A DNA stretch of 64,000 nt from positions 7,727-71,726 of the forward strand of contig DASVEF010000370.1 in the NCBI GenBank assembly GCA_036380715.1, read 5' to 3'. The stretch is from Thermoanaerobaculia bacterium. GTDB taxonomy: Bacteria; Acidobacteriota; Thermoanaerobaculia; Multivoradales; UBA5704. Position 1 is the stretch's first letter. Every line of letters starts with the position of its first letter. A program made the position numbers and the translations under genes. Under the pieces are notes generated by a model. That model made no database searches. It was not told where the DNA came from and saw nothing but the letters and a program-made list of their open reading frames with translations. Positions 58,396 to 64,000 of this stretch are shown one piece after another.

Positions 58396-59151
58396 CTACC
58401 CGACCAGAACGCTCCCGCCGTTGACGTTCAAAATCTCCCCCGTGATGTGGCGGGCGAGGGGGGAGCAGAGGAAGATGACCGGGCCGGCGATGTCTTCGGG
58501 AGTGGCGATGCAGCGGAGGGGGATTGAGCACAGGACCTCTTCCCGCCTCGGGCCGGCGAGGGCGTCCGCGGTCATGTCGGTGTCCACCCAGCCGGGGGCC
58601 ACGGCGTTGACGCGGATCTTCGGGGCCAGCTCGCTGGACCAGGATTTGGTGGCCGAGATCATGGCCCCCTTGCTCGCCGCGTAGGGACTGTAGAAGGCCT
58701 CGCCCCGCTGCCCCGCGGTCGAGCTGATGTTGATGATGTTGCCGTCGTGCGAGCGCTCCAGGAGCGGCACGGCATCGCGGGCGCAGAGGAACGGGCCCAC
58801 CACGTTGACCGCCAGCGTGGCGTCGAGCTTGGTCTTGTCGAGCTCGACGAGAGGATCGTGGATCCACACTCCGGCGTTGTTGACCAGGCAGTCGAGCGCT
58901 CCCCACTCCGTGCGCACGAAGTCGAAGAGCCCCTCGATCTGTTCGCGGTCGGTGACGTCGCAGCGGATCTTGCGGTGAGGCTTGGAGGAGATCCGCAGCA
59001 GCTCGTCGAGCACCTTCCTCGCCCGGGCGCCGCTCGCCAGATACTGGATCATGACGGTGGCGCCCGCCTGGGCGAAGAGGCGGCAGCACGCGGACCCGAT
59101 GCCGCGGCTGCCGCCGGTCACGAGGACCCGGTACCCGGTGAGGTCGATCAT
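58396..59151 (-). CDS. short-chain dehydrogenase/reductase (SDR family, FabG-like)
   Basis: VTGGSRGIGSA cofactor motif. YSPYAASKGA catalytic YxxxK. Start overlaps thiolase stop. Confidence 0.85.
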   Translation of the reverse strand: MIDLTGYRVLVTGGSRGIGSACCRLFAQAGATVMIQYLASGARARKVLDELLRISSKPHRKIRCDVTDREQIEGLFDFVRTEWGALDCLVNNAGVWIHDPLVELDKTKLDATLAVNVVGPFLCARDAVPLLERSHDGNIINISSTAGQRGEAFYSPYAASKGAMISATKSWSSELAPKIRVNAVAPGWVDTDMTADALAGPRREEVLCSIPLRCIATPEDIAGPVIFLCSPLARHITGEILNVNGGSVLVG

Positions 59152-60335
59152 GCGGCGGCTTCGACGACCATCGCGATCCCCTGGCCGCCGCCGATGCAGG
59201 CCGACGCCACGCCCACGCCGCCGCCGCGACGGCGCAGCTCCTTCATCAGGGTGAGGAGGATGCGGGTGCCCGACGCGCCCAGCGGATGCCCGAGGGCGAT
59301 CGCGCCGCCGTTGACGTTCAGCTTGTCCACGTCGAGGCCCAGCTCCTTGATGACCGCCAGGATCTGGCCGGCGAACGCCTCGTTGATCTCGATCAGGTCG
59401 AGGTCGCCGAGGGTCATGCCCGCCTTCTTCAGCGCCTGCCGGATGGCCGGCGCCGGGCCGATGCCCATGCGCGAGGGATCGACGCCCACGACGGACCAGG
59501 AGACGATGCGCCCGAGAGGCTCGAAGCCGCGCTCCCTGGCCCGCTCGGCGGTGGTCAGAAGCAGCATCGCCGCGCCGTCCACGATCCCCGAGGCGTTGCC
59601 GGCGGTCACGAAACCGTCCTTGTCGAACGCCGTGGGCAGGCCGGCCAGGTCCTCCATGGTGGTCTCGGGCCGCATGTGGCTGTCCCTCTCGATCCTCTTC
59701 GCCCGCTTGCCCTTCCCCACCTCGACCGGCACGACCTCTTCCTTGAGCCGGCAGGCATCCCACGCGGCCGTGGCCCGCTTCTGGGACAGGAGCGCGAACT
59801 CGTCCTGCTCCTGACGGCTGATGCCGTAGTCGCGGGCGAGGTTGTTGCTGGTCTGGGCCATGTAGCAGCCGCAATAGGTGTCCATCAGGGCGACCATCAG
59901 CAGGTCCTGGAGCTGCCCCTGCCCCAGCTTGAAGCCCTTGCGCGCGCCCCAGATCACGTGCGGCGTCTGCGACATGTTCTCCATGCCGCCCACCAGGCAG
60001 GTCGTAGCGTCGCCGGTGAGGATCGTCTGGGCGCCGGAGATGACCGACTGGATGCCCGAGCCGCACAGCCGGTTGACCGTCAGCGCGGGCACCTCCTGGG
60101 GCACCCCGGCCTTGAGCGCCACGTGGCGGGCGCCGTAGATGGCGTCGGGCGAGGTCTGGAGCGCGTTGCCCACGATGGTGTGGTCGATCTCGCTCCCCTC
60201 GACGCCTGTCTTGTCCAGCAGGGCTTTGGCCGCGTGCGCCGCCAGGTCGATCGCCGAGACGTCGGCGAAGTCGGTGTTGTACTCGATCATCGGGGTGCGT
60301 ACCCCGTCGATGAAGACCAGGTCTCGTAGATTCAT
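59148..60335 (-). CDS. acetyl-CoA C-acyltransferase (thiolase)
   Basis: Active-site contexts NRLCGSGIQ, GHPLGASG and CIGGGQG. Confidence 0.9.
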   Translation of the reverse strand: MNLRDLVFIDGVRTPMIEYNTDFADVSAIDLAAHAAKALLDKTGVEGSEIDHTIVGNALQTSPDAIYGARHVALKAGVPQEVPALTVNRLCGSGIQSVISGAQTILTGDATTCLVGGMENMSQTPHVIWGARKGFKLGQGQLQDLLMVALMDTYCGCYMAQTSNNLARDYGISRQEQDEFALLSQKRATAAWDACRLKEEVVPVEVGKGKRAKRIERDSHMRPETTMEDLAGLPTAFDKDGFVTAGNASGIVDGAAMLLLTTAERARERGFEPLGRIVSWSVVGVDPSRMGIGPAPAIRQALKKAGMTLGDLDLIEINEAFAGQILAVIKELGLDVDKLNVNGGAIALGHPLGASGTRILLTLMKELRRRGGGVGVASACIGGGQGIAMVVEAAA

Positions 60336-60365
60336 ATCGGCAGTCGCCTCCTCAGCGATTCGATT

Positions 60366-61424
60366 CTATCGGACGTTCAGCGAATGAAACTTCCTGCGCC
60401 ATCGGTGGATGTCCGCCAGCGGATCGATCCGGTGCCCGAGCAGGACGAGCACACGCCGCCGTTCAGGGTCGATCCAGAGATTGCCGCCAGCGAAGCCAGT
60501 GTGACCGAAGGAAGAGGGGGAGAGCGCCCGTCCGCCGCCTCCCTTGAGGGTCCGTCGCCACCAGCCCAGAGCGAAAGATCTCCCCCCTCGCAGGGCCGCG
60601 GCAACGCCCTCCGGTTGCAACAGCTTCCGCGGCTCCAGCCATTCCGCCCCCAGGATCCACAGATCGCGCGCACGGCCGAACAGCCCGGCGTTGCCCGTGA
60701 GCCGTCCGATCCCCCCTTCCAGGCCGGTCAGGAACCGGCAGTTGCCGTCCTGAGGGAACCCGACTGGAGGCGGCGGCAGGGTCTCGATCGCGATCCCCGC
60801 CCTGGCCGCGAGTTGGGTCTCCTTGGTGGTGTTCATCCGGCTCTCGGCCACATCCGGCTGGTCCCCGGGAGTCGGCTCCACGGAAGACAGTCCCAGGGGA
60901 TCGAGGACGCGCGAACGGATCAGGGACGGCAGAGACTGCCCCGTCGCCTTCACGGCCGTCATCCCCCAGAGGATGAAATCGAGATCGCTGTACGTATCGG
61001 CCCGGGTCCCCAGCAGCTCCCCGCCCAGGAGCAGGTCCAGCACCTCTTCGCGCGACCGGCAGAGATGGTACAGCGGCCTCCAGGGAGCGAGCCCCGACCG
61101 GTGCCGGAGCAGGTCCGATAGTTTTTTGCGGGCCAGCTTGGGATGGGCCTGCGGCCAGACCTCTCCGATCGCCGTCGCGAGCGGCAGCATCCCCTCGGCG
61201 TCCAGGACCAGGGCCAGGGTGGCCATGAAGGGCTTGGTGATGGAGGCGAAATCGAAGCGGGTCGAAGAATGGGTGGGGACGCCCTCGCGAGCCTGGCCGG
61301 CGGAGTCCTCCCGGAGGATCTCGTCGGCGGTGCCCACGAGGCCGACGGCGGAGGTGACGACGCCGTCCCGGACGAGGCGGTCCAGGAACTCTTTCAGAGG
61401 CTGTCTCGAAAGTGCAGGCCGCAC
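60366..61424 (-). CDS. beta-lactamase-fold serine hydrolase family protein
   Basis: SxxK motif FDFASITKPF. GTG start inferred as the only start codon upstream of it in frame. The longer track ORF runs through the palindromic repeat and is rejected. Confidence 0.7.
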   Translation of the reverse strand: MRPALSRQPLKEFLDRLVRDGVVTSAVGLVGTADEILREDSAGQAREGVPTHSSTRFDFASITKPFMATLALVLDAEGMLPLATAIGEVWPQAHPKLARKKLSDLLRHRSGLAPWRPLYHLCRSREEVLDLLLGGELLGTRADTYSDLDFILWGMTAVKATGQSLPSLIRSRVLDPLGLSSVEPTPGDQPDVAESRMNTTKETQLAARAGIAIETLPPPPVGFPQDGNCRFLTGLEGGIGRLTGNAGLFGRARDLWILGAEWLEPRKLLQPEGVAAALRGGRSFALGWWRRTLKGGGGRALSPSSFGHTGFAGGNLWIDPERRRVLVLLGHRIDPLADIHRWRRKFHSLNVR

Positions 61425-61431
61425 CGCTGAG

Positions 61432-61495
61432 CCCTCACCCCCTGGCCCCCTCTCCCGGTGACGGGAGAGGGGGCGGGGGTGAGGGCCCCCCACGG
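61432..61495. repeat. GC-rich nested-palindrome intergenic repeat, copy E (most perfect copy)
   Basis: CCCTCACCCCC-TGG-CCCCCTCTCCC-GGTGAC-GGGAGAGGGGG-CGG-GGGGTGAGGG. Confidence 0.8.
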
Positions 61496-61528
61496 CCGCG
61501 ACTGTACGTGGGCTTCTCAGGAACTCCC

Positions 61529-62674
61529 TCACACGTAATTCCCCGGATCCCCCGTCTGAAACACCACCACCCGCTCCCCCTCCGCGAACGCTCCGCCCGC
61601 CGCCAGATCCTCCATCGCCGCGAACGCCGCCGCCCCTTCCGGACCGATCCGCAGGCCCTCCATCCGGGCGACTCGCGCGGCGATCTCGGGGAGACGCGAC
61701 TCGTCTACCGCGATCGCTCGACCTCCCGATTCGCGGACCGCCCGCAGGACCAGGAAATCCCCGATCGCCTTGGGCACGCGCAGCCCCCAGACTTTCGTCT
61801 CCGGCTCCTGCCAGGGCTCGGCGGAGTCGGCCCCCTGCTCGAAGGCGCGCACGATCGGAGCGCAGCCCGCGGCCTGGACCACGACGAAGCGAGGGAGCCT
61901 GGGGCCGATGAGCCCCAGATGCCACAGCTCGTCGAACGCCTTGCGCATCCCGACGATGCCGGTGCCGCCGCCGAGCGGGTAGATGATCCAGTCCGGCAGC
62001 TCCCAGCCGAGCTGCTCGGCCAGCTCCAGGCCCATGGTCTTCTTCCCTTCCACGCGGTAGGGCTCCCGGAGGGTGGAGACGTTCCAGTAGTCCTCTCCCA
62101 GCAGCTTCGCGGCCTCGACCAGAGTGCCCGGAGACGACAGCACCTCGGCGCCGTGCTCCCGGCAGCGCTCGAACACCGTGCGCGGCGTGTCGGCCGGCAG
62201 GGCCACGCGGGCGGGGAGACCGGCCGCGGCGGCGTAGGCGGTCAGGGCCAGGGCCGCGTTGCCCGCACTGGCGAGCTGCACCCCGGGCGCTCCCAGCTCC
62301 CGCGCCCGGTTCACCGCGAGCGACAGCCCGCGCGCCTTGAACGACCCGGTCGGGTTCAGCGACTCGTCCTTGACCAGCACCTCGACCCCGGGAGGCGCCA
62401 GGCGCCGGAGGCGGACCAGAGGCGTCCCTCCCTCTCCGAGGTCCACCCGATTCTCGAAGTCCGACAGCGGCAGCAGCTCGTGGTAACGCCAGAGCGTCCA
62501 CGGCCGGCCGGGGAGGTCGCGCCGCAGCCCCTCCCCTTTTTCAGGATCGAGGTCGTAGTCCACCAACCAGGGGGCCCCGGCCGGGGAAAGAAAGGCCGGC
62601 GCGTCCAGCTCCCCCGAATCGCCCGTCCGCGAACAGAGCAGCCCCTTTGCCCACCTCTCCGAACGCTCTCTCAA
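61529..62674 (-). CDS. threonine-synthase-like PLP-dependent enzyme (tryptophan-synthase-beta fold)
   Basis: PLP lysine motif NPTGSFKARG. Gly-rich loop GGGTG. Confidence 0.8.
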   Translation of the reverse strand: MRERSERWAKGLLCSRTGDSGELDAPAFLSPAGAPWLVDYDLDPEKGEGLRRDLPGRPWTLWRYHELLPLSDFENRVDLGEGGTPLVRLRRLAPPGVEVLVKDESLNPTGSFKARGLSLAVNRARELGAPGVQLASAGNAALALTAYAAAAGLPARVALPADTPRTVFERCREHGAEVLSSPGTLVEAAKLLGEDYWNVSTLREPYRVEGKKTMGLELAEQLGWELPDWIIYPLGGGTGIVGMRKAFDELWHLGLIGPRLPRFVVVQAAGCAPIVRAFEQGADSAEPWQEPETKVWGLRVPKAIGDFLVLRAVRESGGRAIAVDESRLPEIAARVARMEGLRIGPEGAAAFAAMEDLAAGGAFAEGERVVVFQTGDPGNYV

Positions 62675-62675
62675 C

Positions 62676-63242
62676 TCACCCCTCCTTGCCCCCGCGGGCG
62701 CGCTCGAGATCGTCTCGGTGCTTGGCGATCAGCGCGGCATTGTGCCGCACGCCGGGACCGAGGGACGGCCGGGAGCCTTTCATGAGCCCCCGAAGCTCTC
62801 CGATCTGCCGGTCGATCTCCGCCCGCCGTCCCGGATCCACGGCCTTCTTCCTCTCCTCCTCCAGGAAGCGGAGGACCCGCAGCCGGCTCTCCTGAATCTT
62901 GCTGTCGAGGATCGCCCCGGCCCCGGCGCTCTCGGCCTCGCGGACCCGGTCCTGCACCCAGAGCAGCTCCTTGGGATTGACCCCCAGCTCATGCGCCGCC
63001 CGCAGGTCCGCCGTGGCCGGGTCGTTCCCTTGGATCTTCCGGGAGCGCGCCTCGACCTCGACGTACATCTCGACCTGTCGCTCGGTGAGCCGGCCGTCCG
63101 CGGGCGGGCGGTACTCCGCTTTCGCGACCTCCTCCATCAGCGAGGCCGTGCCCCGGGGGGCGCTCTTCTCCTCCTTGTCCTTGCAACCGGCCACGATCAG
63201 CGCCGCGACCAGGAACAAGGCCAGGAAGGCGGACCGCGCCAT
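62676..63242 (-). CDS. hypothetical lipoprotein
   Basis: MARSAFLALFLVAALIVAGC lipobox, then a charged helical protein. 1-nt overlap with der stop. Confidence 0.55.
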   Translation of the reverse strand: MARSAFLALFLVAALIVAGCKDKEEKSAPRGTASLMEEVAKAEYRPPADGRLTERQVEMYVEVEARSRKIQGNDPATADLRAAHELGVNPKELLWVQDRVREAESAGAGAILDSKIQESRLRVLRFLEEERKKAVDPGRRAEIDRQIGELRGLMKGSRPSLGPGVRHNAALIAKHRDDLERARGGKEG

Positions 63243-64000
63243 CACTCCGTCCGCTTGCGGACCACCAGGCGGACCGGCACGCCGGGGAGGTCCAGCTCCT
63301 CGCGCAGGCGGTTCTCCAGATAGCGCCGGTAGTGGTGGTTGCGCGGCAGAAGGCGGTTGGCGAAGAGCATGAAGGTCGGCGGAGCGGTCGAGACCTGCGT
63401 CGTGTAGTAGAGCTTCCAGAAATTGCCGCTGATCGACGGCGGGCTGACTTTCTTGATCGCCGCCTCGAAGATGCGGTTGAGCTGGCCGGTCCCGAGCCGG
63501 AGGTTGTACGCGGCGAGCGTCCGGTCGATCGGCCCCCAGAGCTTCTCCACCCCGCGTCCGGAGAGGGCCGAGACGTTGACCCGCTCGGGATTGGCGAGCA
63601 GCTCGCTCATCTTCTCGTAGGACGACTCCAGCTTCTGCCGCCCCTCCTCGTCCAGCAGGTCCCACTTGTTCACGGCGACCACCGCGGCCCGGCCGAGCTC
63701 CCAGATCGTCCCCGCGATCGCCATGTCGCCGCTGGTCACCCCGGCCGAGGCATCGATCACCAGCACCGCAACCTGCGCCCGCTCGATCTGCCGCCGCGCC
63801 ATCATGACCGCCAGCTCCTCGGGCTGACCCGAAGTCTGGCTCCGGCGCCGGATGCCGGCGGTGTCGATCAGCAGATACGACTTGCCGTTGCGCTCGATCA
63901 GAGTGTCCACGGGATCGCGGGTCGTGCCCGCGACGGGCGAGACCAGGGCCCGGAGCTGGCCGGAGATCTTGTTGAGGAGCGACGACTTGCCCACGTTCGG
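63242..64000 (-). CDS. der: ribosome-biogenesis GTPase Der (EngA), C-terminal part (second GTPase domain + KH-like domain); 5' end outside window
   Basis: G motifs GKSSLLN, DTAGIRRR and NKWD, then the KH-like C-terminus. The ORF continues past position 64000. Confidence 0.85.
   Translation of the reverse strand, partial: PNVGKSSLLNKISGQLRALVSPVAGTTRDPVDTLIERNGKSYLLIDTAGIRRRSQTSGQPEELAVMMARRQIERAQVAVLVIDASAGVTSGDMAIAGTIWELGRAAVVAVNKWDLLDEEGRQKLESSYEKMSELLANPERVNVSALSGRGVEKLWGPIDRTLAAYNLRLGTGQLNRIFEAAIKKVSPPSISGNFWKLYYTTQVSTAPPTFMLFANRLLPRNHHYRRYLENRLREELDLPGVPVRLVVRKRTE

Noticed and set aside
60366-62501. 711-aa track ORF extending the serine-hydrolase gene upstream through repeat copy E and antisense into the ThrC-like gene.
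   Set aside because: The extension translates the palindromic repeat (AVGGPHPRPLSRHRERGPGGEGSAV) and is antisense to a PLP enzyme with a clear SFKARG motif. The gene is truncated to the GTG at 61424.

Overview
High-GC (~70%) bacterial chromosomal segment, most consistent with Acidobacteria. This rests on an ADOP-family duplicated FtsX permease, GC-rich codon usage, and frequent 4-nt ATGA/GTGA gene overlaps. No rRNA, tRNA or CRISPR array was found.

Right part, 33.9-45.2 kb: the conserved rimP-nusA-infB-DUF503-rbfA-nrnA-truB-rpsO-pnp housekeeping cluster. It has a recognisable sigma70-like promoter, a leader terminator/attenuator hairpin, a long pnp-leader stem-loop and a clean pnp terminator. 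Beyond it lie Nif3, a signalling cluster (REC-PAS-GGDEF-EAL, REC-PAS-HK, HK plus LuxR-type RR), tatD-metG-hslO, a cobB-radC-larC operon, speB, SDR-thiolase, a serine hydrolase, a ThrC-like PLP enzyme and der (partial).

Left part: cysH-sir (sulfate assimilation), then an accessory-looking stretch. Its most notable content is a two-gene locus encoding a SIR2-like/TIR protein next to a 1285-aa STAND P-loop NTPase. The NTPase carries an internal transmembrane helix and about 14 WD40 blades. This is a candidate NLR-like defence or signalling system of unusual architecture.

The rest of this accessory-looking stretch, ending near pyrE at about 28.3 kb:
- two Uma2-family endonucleases
- an MFS transporter fused to an ABM-like domain
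- vapBC and mazEF-like toxin-antitoxin modules
- a roughly 350-bp AT-rich array of TATATAG cores phased at 21-bp multiples
- a secreted S1 protease with a PPC domain
- a 1310-aa protein with four ~105-aa tandem repeats and IPT/TIG domains
- a Tat-exported class-V aminotransferase plus RidA lipoprotein pair
- a low-GC orphan AAA_21-type ATPase adjacent to a 13 x 21-bp tandem repeat

Separately, five copies of a GC-rich nested-palindrome intergenic repeat (REP-like) are scattered across the window (positions about 0.1, 22.9, 29.7, 58.3 and 61.4 kb).
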